A DNA stretch of 64,000 bases from Gemmatimonadales bacterium (GCA_037189525.1 JBBCJC010000001.1:352001-416000); one strand, 5' to 3'. Positions 18,185 through 29,045 are shown, counted from the stretch's first letter. Translations and numbers: made by a program. The notes: generated by a model from the letters alone, not told the origin.

Positions 18185-21100
18185 CTATTCGACCCGCTGG
18201 ACCACCGAGCGCACGCCGTCGGAGAAGGTCACGTCGAAACGCCGGCTCGCGGTCCAGATCGCCGCTGACCCGCCCCGCGCAAACGAGAGGATCTCTCCCG
18301 TTACCGCGTCGCGCACCATCGCCACCGGATACGTTGCCGCATCCCAGGTCAGCCCGGCCTGAACCGCATTGGGCGCCCGGAGCGCCACCGCCGGGCTCCG
18401 CAACTGCAATCGGCCGGCACCAGCCGCCGCCAATCCCTGCGCCGATCGGCGCTCCACCGAGCCGGCCGGACCGACTAAACGCAGCCGCACCAGATCCCGA
18501 TCGGCGACGGCGTCGAGTGGCACGGCAGACGAGAAATGTTCCTCGCGCTCCCGATCGTTGTGCGTCTCCTCCACCGCGATCGGATAGTCGAACAGCAACC
18601 GACCGTCTGCTGCGTAGCCTTCGATCCGGTAGGGGCTGTTGGCCGGAGCCAGCGGCGTGGGCGCCGCCAGCCGCAATGCCGGTTCGAGCTGAATCCCGCC
18701 GGCCGTGATCCGGCCCCAGACAAGCAGCGCACCAACCGCACTCGGCGGCGGCGCCATGGGTGGGGCATAGTTAGGATTCGACTGCCGGTACGCGATCATC
18801 GCGCGCCAGGTGTAGTCGCTGATCCAATCGGGGCTGCAATAGCCCATCAGGTCGAAGTGTCCGGTCGGCGACTTGAGGCCCATGGTGGCAAGGTCGATGC
18901 CCCAGCTGCCAATGGCGCCGCCCGCATGAGGATAGCCGGCGTCGGCGCCCGACACCCCGCCGCACGGGGCGTGCGACCGCCCCATGTTGTGACCGAGCTC
19001 GTGCGCCATGACCCCGGAGCCGCTGGGCATGTGGTCCCACCCGATCGACGCCAGCCAGCCGCCACCGACATACCCCATGCCCGCAATCCCGCTGCCGTAG
19101 GTCGTCTTCACGACGCCATAGTAGTAGCGAGTGCTGGCGTCGGCCGTGCGCAGGTTGCGAACTTCGAGCAGAATGGTACCCCAGGCGCCGTTACCGTTAC
19201 CCGACTGGAGCACCGGCGCCGTCGTGGTATAGGCCGCTCGGACATCGGCGCTGTAGGTGCCGATTGGAAGCATCTTGAGCGGGTCCACCAGATACTGGGC
19301 CATGTTGCCCGCCGTCACGTTGCCCTGCAGGCCGTTGACCTGCTGCAGCACCGGAACGAAGCGCACCTGCCAGGTCGGCACGGTCCGGACATCGACATTC
19401 GCCGGTGTCCCGGACAACGGGAACTCGTTGTCGCTCTCGTTCGACTCGCCCACCACGGCGGTCGGATCGACGTCAGCCAGGATGCGCAGATTGGCCTGCA
19501 CCAGGGACCCCGGCACCGCCAGGTTCCACGAACTGGCCAGCGAGCCTTCATTGACCGTCTGCGGAACGCTGGCGCCCGGTGCGTTGATGGTCGAGGTCTG
19601 CACCAGGGAGGCCCCATGATAGAACCGGACCCGCACCGTCGGTGCCGCCGTGTTGGCCTGGTTGGCACGCACGAAGACGCGCAGATAGGCGTCCCGTCCC
19701 GCCACGACCGGCGTGGTGCCGTCGTACTTGGCAATCGGCTGGGTCAGATAGAGCCCGTCGATCGTCAGGTTGAGCGTGGCGCCCGGGGTCGAGGCCGCGT
19801 AGGCAATCGTGGCGGTACCGGTAGCTCCGGAGGGCACGGTGACGTTTTGCGTCGGAGGCGTCGGCGCATAGGTGGTGCCTCCGGAGACGACGGCCGCCGC
19901 GGTGACGGTGTAGCTGCCCGGCGTCACACCATTGAGCACCTGGCTACCGGTCAGCGTCTGCGAGAAGCCTCCGGGCCCGGCGACCTGGACGCTGGCCGAG
20001 GTTCCGCCCGGCAGCCCCGACACGGACACCGACAAGGTGCCGGGGGCAACCGTTCCGTACGTCACGGTGGCGGTACCGGTCCCGCCGGCCGAGACCGCGC
20101 GGGACTGCGAGGCGGGGCTCGGAAGATAGGTCTGCCCACCTGACGATACATTGGACGCCGCAATGGTGTAGGCCCCCACCGCGAGGCCGGTCAGGGTGGT
20201 AGTCGCCGTGAGGGCGCGGCTGAAGCCGCCCGGTCCGCTGACCTGCACCGCGGCGCTGGCGCCTCCCGGCAATCCGTTGACGGTCACCGTGAGCGAACCA
20301 AGCGTGGCGCCATAGGTGACGGTGCGGGCAACCGTCCCGCCGACCGTAACGACGGCGGTCTGGGACGGCGGCGCTGGCTGATAGACCTGGCCGCCGGACG
20401 ACACCGCCCCGGCGGTGATGGTGTAAGTACCCGGGGCGAGATCACTCAAACGACCCGACCCGGTGATCGACCTGGTAAATCCGCCCGGACCGCCCACCGT
20501 TACGGCGGCGGCAACACTACCCGGCAAGCCGCCGATATTCAGATCCAGAGTACCCACGCCATGGCTGTACGTGACCTGACGCACCGCCGGCTCGGCGGAC
20601 GCAGCGACCGTAACCGATTGCTGCGCCGGCGCCGCGACGTAGAGCGACCCTCCGTCGGTGAGATTCTGCGCAGCGATCGTATAGGCGCCCGGCGTCAGGC
20701 CTCGAAGCGTTTCGGTCGAGGTGATCGCGCGCTGGAACCCGGCCGGTCCGCTGACCGTCACTCGGCCGTCGGTACCCGTGGGAAGGCCGTTCACCTGAAT
20801 GCGCAGCAAACCACTGGCGAGCCGGAAGCGGACGTCGGCGTCGGTAGTGGCGCCGGCCTCGATGTCGACCTGATCGGGCGCAATCAGCGCCGAGAATCGA
20901 TCGCCGGCGAGGGTCAACTCGGCGGCAGAAATACGATAGCGTCCCGGGGTCAGGCCTTTGACGACGGCCGAGGCCGAGACGGTGTGCAGAAATCCGGCAG
21001 GCCCTTCGATCCTCACCGACGGCTCGGTCCCATCCGGAGCATCGCGCACCGTGAGCGCGAGCCGCCCGGTCACCAATCCGTACTCGACCGCCGCTGGCGC

Positions 21101-21691
21101 AGCAACCGGACCGGGGGTCACCAGAATCAGGAGCGAATCGACGGCCGTGGCAAAGCCTTCGCCATCGACTTGGACCGGGCGCGCCCGGACGACGTAGACA
21201 CCCGGAGGCAAGCCGCGCAGCTGATCGGAGCCGGTCGCAGTCCGGTTGACTCCTTCGGCCCCCGAAACGACGACATCGGCGGCTCCGGCGGGCACGCCGG
21301 TTACCGACAGCCCGATCCGGCCTGTCGTCGCCGTGTATTCGATCGTGGCGCTGGCCACTTCGTTCGACCGGATTGCAATCGTCTGGGTTACGGGAGCGCC
21401 GCGGTAGCCGTCGCCATCGATGGTCTGATCGGCCGCGGTCACCGAGTACGTCCCAGGGGTCAGCCCGGTCAGCGTCTCGGAACCTCCGATCGTCCTGCTA
21501 AACCCGCCGGCGCCGGTAATCGTGACACTCCCCTGTCCCCCGATCGGCAGCCCCTGGACGGCAACGGAGAGGCTCCCCGGCCGGGTGGGTTCGGGGCCTA
21601 GACCGCCCTGCTCCGTCCCGCCGCATCCGGCCAGCAGCGCGGCCGCCAGGACTGGCAGGACGCGGGCAAGCTGCAACGCAAACTCCTGCAC
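18185..21691 (-). CDS. Large lipoprotein: 7 Ig/CarboxypepD-like repeats plus an M66 (StcE/TagA-like) metzincin domain
   Basis: Lipobox LAGC; seven repeats of about 86 aa (G.L.V.V.GLP...V.V.GPgGF...L.GL.PG.Y); HELGHNMGRSH and Met-turn DLMGY. Start codon uncertain. Confidence 0.8.
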   Translation of the reverse strand: MQEFALQLARVLPVLAAALLAGCGGTEQGGLGPEPTRPGSLSVAVQGLPIGGQGSVTITGAGGFSRTIGGSETLTGLTPGTYSVTAADQTIDGDGYRGAPVTQTIAIRSNEVASATIEYTATTGRIGLSVTGVPAGAADVVVSGAEGVNRTATGSDQLRGLPPGVYVVRARPVQVDGEGFATAVDSLLILVTPGPVAAPAAVEYGLVTGRLALTVRDAPDGTEPSVRIEGPAGFLHTVSASAVVKGLTPGRYRISAAELTLAGDRFSALIAPDQVDIEAGATTDADVRFRLASGLLRIQVNGLPTGTDGRVTVSGPAGFQRAITSTETLRGLTPGAYTIAAQNLTDGGSLYVAAPAQQSVTVAASAEPAVRQVTYSHGVGTLDLNIGGLPGSVAAAVTVGGPGGFTRSITGSGRLSDLAPGTYTITAGAVSSGGQVYQPAPPSQTAVVTVGGTVARTVTYGATLGSLTVTVNGLPGGASAAVQVSGPGGFSRALTATTTLTGLAVGAYTIAASNVSSGGQTYLPSPASQSRAVSAGGTGTATVTYGTVAPGTLSVSVSGLPGGTSASVQVAGPGGFSQTLTGSQVLNGVTPGSYTVTAAAVVSGGTTYAPTPPTQNVTVPSGATGTATIAYAASTPGATLNLTIDGLYLTQPIAKYDGTTPVVAGRDAYLRVFVRANQANTAAPTVRVRFYHGASLVQTSTINAPGASVPQTVNEGSLASSWNLAVPGSLVQANLRILADVDPTAVVGESNESDNEFPLSGTPANVDVRTVPTWQVRFVPVLQQVNGLQGNVTAGNMAQYLVDPLKMLPIGTYSADVRAAYTTTAPVLQSGNGNGAWGTILLEVRNLRTADASTRYYYGVVKTTYGSGIAGMGYVGGGWLASIGWDHMPSGSGVMAHELGHNMGRSHAPCGGVSGADAGYPHAGGAIGSWGIDLATMGLKSPTGHFDLMGYCSPDWISDYTWRAMIAYRQSNPNYAPPMAPPPSAVGALLVWGRITAGGIQLEPALRLAAPTPLAPANSPYRIEGYAADGRLLFDYPIAVEETHNDREREEHFSSAVPLDAVADRDLVRLRLVGPAGSVERRSAQGLAAAGAGRLQLRSPAVALRAPNAVQAGLTWDAATYPVAMVRDAVTGEILSFARGGSAAIWTASRRFDVTFSDGVRSVVQRVE

Positions 21692-21882
21692 CCAACCAGT
21701 GCATTTTCCTGCAGTTGCCGCCGCAACCCGTGGCGCCGCAAGCAGATGGGCGACCGCGGGGAACCGGCCTCGAATCGGAGTCAGGGACATGGCCTTGGCG
21801 AGGGGCACGCCGCATGCCCCGGCTTGCCAACCGGACCGTCCGGGCAAACATTTGGACCACCCTCCAACCACAGGCAACCGTT

Positions 21883-23160
21883 ATGCGGTCGCGCCGTGCC
21901 TTTGTTTCGACCGTTCTGGGTGCTGCGGCAACGCTGCCGGCATTCCGTCCCGATGCATTCCGGAGCGTGCTCCGCGCCGCCGAACGCGGGTCCGGCAACC
22001 CGAACGACGAAGCCTACTGGGGCGAGATCCAGCGAGCCTTCGATGCCGACCGGACCATGATCAATCTGAACAGTGGCGGGGTGAGCCCGACTCCGACCCA
22101 CGTGCTCGAGGCCATGATCCGGGACCTGCGGTTCTCGAACGAGTTGCCGGTCAACCACATGTGGACCGTGCTCGAGCCGCGCATCGAAAGCGTCCGCCGC
22201 GACTTGGCCCGCGACTTCGGCTGCGACCCCGAGGAAATGGCGATTACCCGGAACGCGTCCGAAGCCAACGAGATCATGATCTTCGGACTCGACCTCAAAC
22301 GCGGCGACGAAGTCATCGTCACCAATCAGAATTATCCGCGCATGCTGACCGCGTGGGACCAGCGCGCCCGGCGCGATGGTGTGGTGATCAAGTCGATCAG
22401 TTTCCGGGTTCCACCGCCGTCACAGGAATATCTGGTCGACCAGTTCCGCGCCGCCATCACGCCGCGGACCAAAGTGATCGAGGTCACCCACATCACCAAC
22501 CTGACCGGACAGATCATGCCGGTTCGGGAAATCGTCGCGATGGCCAGGCCGCTGGGCATCGAAGTCTTCGTCGACGGCGCGCACGCCTACGCTCACTTCC
22601 CGTTCAAGCATGCCGATCTCGATTGCGACTACTACGGCACCAGCCTGCACAAATGGCTGCTGGCGCCGGTCGGCACCGGGTTCCTGTACGTCAAGAAGGC
22701 CAAGCAGCGTTCGCTCTGGCCCCTGATGGCGGCCACCCGCGAACAGGACAACGACATCCGGAAGTACGAGGAAATCGGCACCCACCCCGCCGCCAATCAC
22801 AATGCGATCTCCGTGGCGCTGGCTTTCCACCGCTCGATCGGCGCCGAGCGGAAGATTGCCCGGCTCCGCTACCTGCGCGACCGCTGGGCCAAGCGCCTCT
22901 TGGCCGACAGCAATCGCGTCTCGGTGCCGACGCCGCTCGGCTCACCCCATGCCGGCGCCATCGGCTTGCTGAGCATTGCCGGGGCCGATGTGAACAAGCT
23001 GCACGGGTGGCTGCTCGACCGGCACCGGATTCAGACGGTGGCCATCGTGCACCCGGAGTTCAGCGGGCTCCGCATCACGCCCAACGTGTTCAGCACGCCG
23101 GACGAAATCGATCTGTTCGGTGATAAGGTGATGGAAGCGATCCGTAGCGGCGTGGCCTGA
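21883..23160 (+). CDS. Class V PLP-dependent aminotransferase (isopenicillin-N epimerase/cysteine desulfurase-like) with Tat-like signal
   Basis: SRRAFV signal; NLNSGG, DGAHA, SLHKWL (PLP lysine). Confidence 0.87.
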   Translation: MRSRRAFVSTVLGAAATLPAFRPDAFRSVLRAAERGSGNPNDEAYWGEIQRAFDADRTMINLNSGGVSPTPTHVLEAMIRDLRFSNELPVNHMWTVLEPRIESVRRDLARDFGCDPEEMAITRNASEANEIMIFGLDLKRGDEVIVTNQNYPRMLTAWDQRARRDGVVIKSISFRVPPPSQEYLVDQFRAAITPRTKVIEVTHITNLTGQIMPVREIVAMARPLGIEVFVDGAHAYAHFPFKHADLDCDYYGTSLHKWLLAPVGTGFLYVKKAKQRSLWPLMAATREQDNDIRKYEEIGTHPAANHNAISVALAFHRSIGAERKIARLRYLRDRWAKRLLADSNRVSVPTPLGSPHAGAIGLLSIAGADVNKLHGWLLDRHRIQTVAIVHPEFSGLRITPNVFSTPDEIDLFGDKVMEAIRSGVA

Positions 23161-23181
23161 CCTCCAGCGCGGCCCCGCCGA

Positions 23182-24195
23182 TCAGACGCTGACGTACCGC
23201 AAGGCTGGGTTGAACTCGCCGGCAACCTGATCGAGGTTGGCAACGCGCAGCTGGCCCCGTTCGTAGAGATACTCCACGTGCGCCCCGATTTCGGTGAGCG
23301 CCAGCAGAATATTCCAGCCTGCCACGCCTGGATACATCCGGTGCCGGAGTTCGTCGATCGTCGTGCCCGCCGAACTCTTGAGCAACTCGGCGATCCGATC
23401 CAGCTTGCGCCGGTGATCGATCCGAATCGTCTCGATCCGCGGATAGAAATCATCCAGCGGCGTCTCATGCCCGCCAAGCGCCAATCGAATGCCCGGCACC
23501 CGCCCGATCTTGTCGAGCGCGTCGAGATAGTGGCCGAGTCCGGTCCAGGCGGTAATGCTCTCGGGATTCTGGTGAGGAGTGGTCTTCGGCAGCACGTGAT
23601 CGGCCGAGAGCAGGATGTCGCCGACTTTGAGGCAGACCTGTCCCGGGCAATGCCCGGGGGTGTGGATCACCTCGATGCCGTCGAGAACCTGTCCGTCGCG
23701 CAACGCGAAATCGACCGGAACACTCCGCAGGTGCTGCTTCCCTTCCATGTACATCTCGAGCAGCGTGCCACGATCCTCATCGGGCACACCCGCCTGCGCC
23801 AGGTAGAACCGCAACGCCTTGGTGGCGACCACGACCCGCTCTTCGTACCCGTCGAGCACCCATCGGTCCAGTTCATGGATCCCGACTTCCGCGGTGATCG
23901 GCCCTGAAAGCTGCGCAATGCCGCCGAAGTGGTCGAGATGGCCGTGCGTGATGATAACCCGTTCGATCTCCCCCGGCCCGGCTCGTTCGCCGTACTCCCG
24001 GCGCACCTGCTCGAGGCCGGCCAGCAGCTGCGGAGTCGAGTCGCCGTACCCGCTCCCGGTGTCGACCAGGGTGATCGGCCCGGCTCCGATCAGGAGATAG
24101 CAATGCACCACCAGGCCGGGAAAGGCCTGGCTCGAAATACGATAGATGCGAACTCCGGTGTCGCTCTCGAAACGGAGCGGCGAGGGGACACTCAT
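23182..24195 (-). CDS. Metallo-beta-lactamase-fold hydrolase with C-terminal winged helix
   Basis: LVDTG, THGHLDHFGG, PGHCPG, SADH, GGHE; C-terminal AHVEYLYERG. Confidence 0.87.
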   Translation of the reverse strand: MSVPSPLRFESDTGVRIYRISSQAFPGLVVHCYLLIGAGPITLVDTGSGYGDSTPQLLAGLEQVRREYGERAGPGEIERVIITHGHLDHFGGIAQLSGPITAEVGIHELDRWVLDGYEERVVVATKALRFYLAQAGVPDEDRGTLLEMYMEGKQHLRSVPVDFALRDGQVLDGIEVIHTPGHCPGQVCLKVGDILLSADHVLPKTTPHQNPESITAWTGLGHYLDALDKIGRVPGIRLALGGHETPLDDFYPRIETIRIDHRRKLDRIAELLKSSAGTTIDELRHRMYPGVAGWNILLALTEIGAHVEYLYERGQLRVANLDQVAGEFNPALRYVSV

Positions 24196-24265
24196 CGGGG
24201 GAGAGACGAACAGGTTCCGGTCGGGCCGCCGGTCGGATGACCGACGGCCGCGAACCCGAAAACGA

Positions 24266-25393
24266 TCAGGCCGGCGCGGCGTGCGTCACGTCGCTCGTCC
24301 GGCGGGCCCACGCTTCAGGGCCAAAGGCGCGAAGCATCCGTTGGTGTGAGCGAACCGCCGCCATCAGCGTCGGCTGCTGATAATACGGCACCCCGTGCTT
24401 CGCCGCGATTCGCTCGACGATCGTACTGATGGCCGGATAGTGGATGCTGCAGACTTTGGGGAACAGATGATGTTCGACCTGGTAATTGAGGCCGCCCACA
24501 TACCAGGTCAGCAGCTTGTTGGAGCGGGCAAAATTCGAGGTGGTCTCCATTTCGTGGAGCAACCACTGGTCTTCCATCCGCCCCTGCTCGTCGGGCGCCG
24601 GAAACTCGGGACCTTCGACGACGTGGGCCAACTGGAAGATGACGCCGAGGATGAAACCCGCCACCAGGTGCATGACCAGGAACGCGATCAGATACTGCCA
24701 CCACGCCACGTTCGAGAGCACCGCGATCGGAATGATCAGCGCCCAGGTGTAGTAGAGTCCTTTGGTCACGAACAGATTGACCCACTCACCCACCGGATGC
24801 TTCTTGTCCTCGTACGGGCCCAAATTCTTCTGGAAGAAGTATTTGTAGTCCTTGCCGAAGACCCAGAACAGGGTCGACAGCCCGTAGGCAAAGAAGGCGT
24901 AGTAGGGCTGGAATCGGTGGATCCACAACAACGGAGAATTGGGCGACAGGCGGAGCAGCGGCGAAACGGTCAGGTCTTCATCGACACCTTCGATATTGGT
25001 GTAGGTGTGATGAATCACGTTGTGAGTGATTTTCCAGAGGTAGCCGTTCGCGCCAAGAATGTCGAACAATCGCCCGATCGTGGCATTCACTTTGGGATTG
25101 TCCGAATAGGCGCCGTGCAGAGCGTCGTGCGTAACCGCAAAGCCGATCCCGGCAAAGCCGATGCCCATCAGGACCATCAGGCCCATAAGCGGCCAGAAAG
25201 TCGGATTGAGCGCCAGCACCAATCCGTAGCTGCCGAAAGTGATCAGCACCAGCACGGCCGTCTTGACCATCATGGCCGTGTTGGCTTTGCTCGAAATCCC
25301 GCGGCTCTTGAAGTACTGGTCGACTTCTCGTTTGAGTTCGCGAACGAACGCTTCCGCATTGCGAGCCGGGAACGTGATACCCGAAGTGCTCAA
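24266..25393 (-). CDS. Membrane fatty acid (acyl-CoA) desaturase
   Basis: His boxes HDALH, HNVIHH, QVEHHLFP; TTG start with GCAGGAG SD. Confidence 0.92.
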   Translation of the reverse strand: MSTSGITFPARNAEAFVRELKREVDQYFKSRGISSKANTAMMVKTAVLVLITFGSYGLVLALNPTFWPLMGLMVLMGIGFAGIGFAVTHDALHGAYSDNPKVNATIGRLFDILGANGYLWKITHNVIHHTYTNIEGVDEDLTVSPLLRLSPNSPLLWIHRFQPYYAFFAYGLSTLFWVFGKDYKYFFQKNLGPYEDKKHPVGEWVNLFVTKGLYYTWALIIPIAVLSNVAWWQYLIAFLVMHLVAGFILGVIFQLAHVVEGPEFPAPDEQGRMEDQWLLHEMETTSNFARSNKLLTWYVGGLNYQVEHHLFPKVCSIHYPAISTIVERIAAKHGVPYYQQPTLMAAVRSHQRMLRAFGPEAWARRTSDVTHAAPA

Positions 25394-25535
25394 GTCGATC
25401 TCCTGCGATGTCTGCAGAACGGGGAAACGAGGCCGTAGTTGGCAGGGATGATGCCCCTCAAGCAAATTGCATCCGAACCCATCGACCGGCAAGTCTCGGT
25501 CCGTCCGGATAACGACTTTTTCACAGGTTATTCCT

Positions 25536-27773
25536 ATGAAATTCACCTCCTGGTGGATTCCCGCACTGTTGGCGGTGATACCGTTCACCCCTGAACCATT
25601 TCAGGAACCAACTCCGATCCGAGGTTACTCGGCGCAGGACTCGCGAATCCAGCGTGATTGGGAAGCCAAGTTCCAGGCAGTGCCGTCGACCGACAGCCTG
25701 CGGTCGTACCTTCGCACGCTGGCCGCGCGGCCTCAGTTCCTGGGATCACCGGGAGGCAAGCGCAACGCGGAGTGGCTGGTCGAGGTGTATCGGAGTTGGG
25801 GACTCGACGCCAAAATCGAAACGTTCGAAGTCCTCTTTCCGACGCCGAAGGAGCGGCGGGTCGAACTGCTTGCCCCGGTGCGCTTCACGGCCGCGCTTCG
25901 CGAACCGCCGGTGCGCGGCGACCACTCCTCGACCCTGCAGAGCGAGCACCTGCCGTCCTACAACGCCTATTCGATCGACGGCGACGTAACCGGCCCGCTG
26001 GTGTTCGTGAACTACGGCATCCCCGCCGACTACGATGAACTCGAGCGGCGCGGCATCTCGGTCAAAGGCGCCATCGTGATTGCCAAGTACGGCGGATCGT
26101 GGCGCGGCATCAAACCCAAGGTCGCGGCGGAACGCGGCGCCATCGGCTGCATCATCTACTCCGACCCGGCACAGGACGGCTTCGTGCAGGGCGACGTCTA
26201 TCCCGACGGCCCCTACCGGCCGCCGCATGGTGTGCAGCGCGGCAGCGTAGCCGACATGCCCCTCTACGCCGGTGATCCGTCGACACCCTTCGTCGGCTCC
26301 GTACCCGGCGTCACGCCGCTGCCGCTCGACCGGATCGAATCGCTCACCAAGATTCCGGTGCTGCCCATTTCGTACGCCGACGCGGAGCCCTTGCTGCGCC
26401 AGCTGGGCGGCGATGTGGTCCCCCCAGCCTGGCGCGGCGGCCTGCCGCTGACCTACAAGACCGGCCCCGGCCCCGCGACGGTCCGCCTCAAGGTCGCGTT
26501 CGACTGGAAACGGGTGCCGCTCTACAACGTGATGGTGACGATTCCCGGCACCGATGCCGCCGCCGAGTGGATTCTGCGCGGCAACCATCGCGACGGCTGG
26601 GGTGCCGGCGCCGAGGATCCGCTCTCGGGCACGGCGGCCCAGATGGAGGAGCTGCGCGCCTTTGCCCAGCTGCTCCAGCAGGGCTGGAAGCCACGGCGCA
26701 CCATCGTGTACGCCGCCTGGGACGGCGAGGAACAGGGCTTACTCGGCAGCACGGAGTACGTCGAAACCCATCGCGACGAACTCCGGGCCAAGGCCGTCAC
26801 CTATCTCAACACGGATTCGAACGGCCGCGGCTTCCTGAGCATGGGCGGTTCGCATTCGCTGGAGCGCTTCATCAACGACGTCGCTCGCGAAGTCCGCGAT
26901 CCCGAAACCGGCCTCTCGGTCTGGCAGCGAAACCAGGCGCGCGCCATCGCGAGCGGAGACGCCACCACGCGGCGCGAAGCCCGCACCCGCCGCGACCTGC
27001 GCATCGGCGCACTCGGCAGCGGGTCCGACTACACCCCGTTCCTGCAGCACGCCGGCATTGCCGCCTTGAACCTCGGCTTCGGCGGGCACGGGGGCTCCGG
27101 TATCTACCATTCGATCTACGACAGCTTCGAACACTACACCCGGTTCAACGACACCAACTTCGTCTACGGCCGAGCGCTGGCGCAGGTGGTGGGAACGGCG
27201 GTGATGCGACTGGCCGGCGCGCCGGTGCTGCCGCACCACTTCATCGGCATGGCCGACACCTACGGCCGCTACATCGATGAGCTCAAAGCCCTGCTGGTGG
27301 CCAGCCGCGAGGCGGCTCTGGAGCAGAACCGCCAACTCGAGGAAGGCGTCTTCGCGGCGGTTGCCGATCCGCGGTTGCCGCGCAAGCAACCGGACCGGGC
27401 TGCGGTTGCTCCGCATCTCAACCTGACTCCGCTCGACAACGCGCTGACGGTGCTCCAGACCGCCGCCGAGCGCTACGAGTCGGCATTGGCCCGCACCGCG
27501 CTGGACCGGCCGCGACCGGCCACCAACCGGGCCCTCCGTGAGGTGGAGTTTGCCCTGACCAGTACCGAAGGGCTGCCTCGACGGCCCTGGTATCGCCACC
27601 ACATCTATGCGCCGGGGTTCTATACCGGATACGGCGTCAAGACGATGCCGGGGGTGCGGGAAGCGATCGAACAGGGAGACTGGGCCGAAGCCGAACGGGA
27701 AGCCGCGCGGATTGCCGAGCGGTTGCTGGCCGCCGCCGCGGTCATCGATCAGGCGCGCGCCGGCCTCGACTGA
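25536..27773 (+). CDS. Glutamate carboxypeptidase II / transferrin-receptor-like M28B peptidase (PA + TFR dimer domains)
   Basis: Signal peptide; PA domain (VFVNYG...GAIGCIIYSDP), GNHRD, AEDP, WDGEEQG, YHSIYD, WYRHHIYAP. Confidence 0.92.
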   Translation: MKFTSWWIPALLAVIPFTPEPFQEPTPIRGYSAQDSRIQRDWEAKFQAVPSTDSLRSYLRTLAARPQFLGSPGGKRNAEWLVEVYRSWGLDAKIETFEVLFPTPKERRVELLAPVRFTAALREPPVRGDHSSTLQSEHLPSYNAYSIDGDVTGPLVFVNYGIPADYDELERRGISVKGAIVIAKYGGSWRGIKPKVAAERGAIGCIIYSDPAQDGFVQGDVYPDGPYRPPHGVQRGSVADMPLYAGDPSTPFVGSVPGVTPLPLDRIESLTKIPVLPISYADAEPLLRQLGGDVVPPAWRGGLPLTYKTGPGPATVRLKVAFDWKRVPLYNVMVTIPGTDAAAEWILRGNHRDGWGAGAEDPLSGTAAQMEELRAFAQLLQQGWKPRRTIVYAAWDGEEQGLLGSTEYVETHRDELRAKAVTYLNTDSNGRGFLSMGGSHSLERFINDVAREVRDPETGLSVWQRNQARAIASGDATTRREARTRRDLRIGALGSGSDYTPFLQHAGIAALNLGFGGHGGSGIYHSIYDSFEHYTRFNDTNFVYGRALAQVVGTAVMRLAGAPVLPHHFIGMADTYGRYIDELKALLVASREAALEQNRQLEEGVFAAVADPRLPRKQPDRAAVAPHLNLTPLDNALTVLQTAAERYESALARTALDRPRPATNRALREVEFALTSTEGLPRRPWYRHHIYAPGFYTGYGVKTMPGVREAIEQGDWAEAEREAARIAERLLAAAAVIDQARAGLD

Positions 27774-27800
27774 CCCTAACGACCCGGGCGTCGCGGGCCC

Positions 27801-29045
27801 TCAGCTCGCGGCGCCTAGGCCGGCCAGTCGGCCGGTCGCCCAGGCCCAGCTGAAGTTGTACCCGCCGATCGGCCCAAAGGCGTCCAGGATTTCGCCGCAG
27901 AGATACAACCCGGCCGCCCGCCGGCTTTCCATCGTGGCGGGGTGAATCTCACCCAAACCGACGCCGCCGCCGGTAACCTCCGCCTTCTTGTACCCCTCGT
28001 CACCGGTCCAGGGCAACGGATAGTCGGCGACCATCTGGACCAGAAGACGCCGCTCCTCCCGACTCAATTGCGACAGAGTCCGATCCGGCGGTACGCCCGC
28101 CTCCGCCAGCAGCCGCGCCGCCAGCCGATCGGGCAATTCGGCCCGCAACACGGTGGCAACCGCCTGCCGGGACTGGGCCCGGAGCCGTTCGTCCCAGGCC
28201 GCCGGATCGTCGCCGGTCCACCGCACCCGCAGCACCGCGTCGGATTGGCCCAGCAGACGAGAGCGGACCGCCAGATGCGAGACGTCGAGCGCCGCCGGAC
28301 CGCTGTAGCCCCGATGGGTAAAGAGAAAGCCGCCATCCGACTCCGCCGACTCGCCCCGCCAGGCGCCCACGATCCGGACCCGGCGCGACACGCCCGCAAG
28401 CTCCGCATGAACGGGTGGAGTGGCCGTGAGCGGGGTCAGCGCTGGGTAGGTGGGCACCATCCGATGACCCAGTCGCTCCGCAGCCGCGAGGCCGATCCCG
28501 TCGCTTCCGGTTTGCGGCACGCTGAGGCCGCCGGTCGCCAGGATGACGCGGTCTGCCGCCAGCGCGGTTCCTCCGTCGAGCTCCGCGCTCCACCCGGATG
28601 CAGTCGGCGCGAGGTTGCGGACCACCACGCCGAACCGGAAGGTGGCGCCGGCCGCCCGGGCTTCGGCCACGAGCCGGTCGCGCACCTCCCGAGCCCGGTT
28701 GGATACCGGGAACAGCTTGCCGGTTTCCTGCTCCAGCGCCAGCGGAATCCCCAGCGCCGTCTCGATGAACTGCCGCTGCGCATCGAGCGGCCAGCTGCCC
28801 AGCAGGCGATTGAGGGTGTGGCGGGACGAATCCGTCACGAACCGTCGCTCGGCCGCGACCGAGGGCAGCACGTTACACCGGCCACCGCCACTGATCAGGA
28901 TCTTCCGGCCGCCATCCGCGGTCCGCTCGAGCACGGTGACCTCCGCGCCGCTTCGGGCCGCGTGAATCGCCGCCATCAACCCGGCGGCCCCGGCGCCTAC
29001 GACCAGGACTCGGCGTTCAGCCACGGACGGGACTCGCAAGCTCAT
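27801..29045 (-). CDS. HI0933/BaiN/YhiN-family NAD(P)/FAD flavoprotein
   Basis: GAGAAG, GRKILISGGGRCN, ATGG.S.PQTGSDG, TGGGV, GEILD, GGYN. Confidence 0.92.
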   Translation of the reverse strand: MSLRVPSVAERRVLVVGAGAAGLMAAIHAARSGAEVTVLERTADGGRKILISGGGRCNVLPSVAAERRFVTDSSRHTLNRLLGSWPLDAQRQFIETALGIPLALEQETGKLFPVSNRAREVRDRLVAEARAAGATFRFGVVVRNLAPTASGWSAELDGGTALAADRVILATGGLSVPQTGSDGIGLAAAERLGHRMVPTYPALTPLTATPPVHAELAGVSRRVRIVGAWRGESAESDGGFLFTHRGYSGPAALDVSHLAVRSRLLGQSDAVLRVRWTGDDPAAWDERLRAQSRQAVATVLRAELPDRLAARLLAEAGVPPDRTLSQLSREERRLLVQMVADYPLPWTGDEGYKKAEVTGGGVGLGEIHPATMESRRAAGLYLCGEILDAFGPIGGYNFSWAWATGRLAGLGAAS

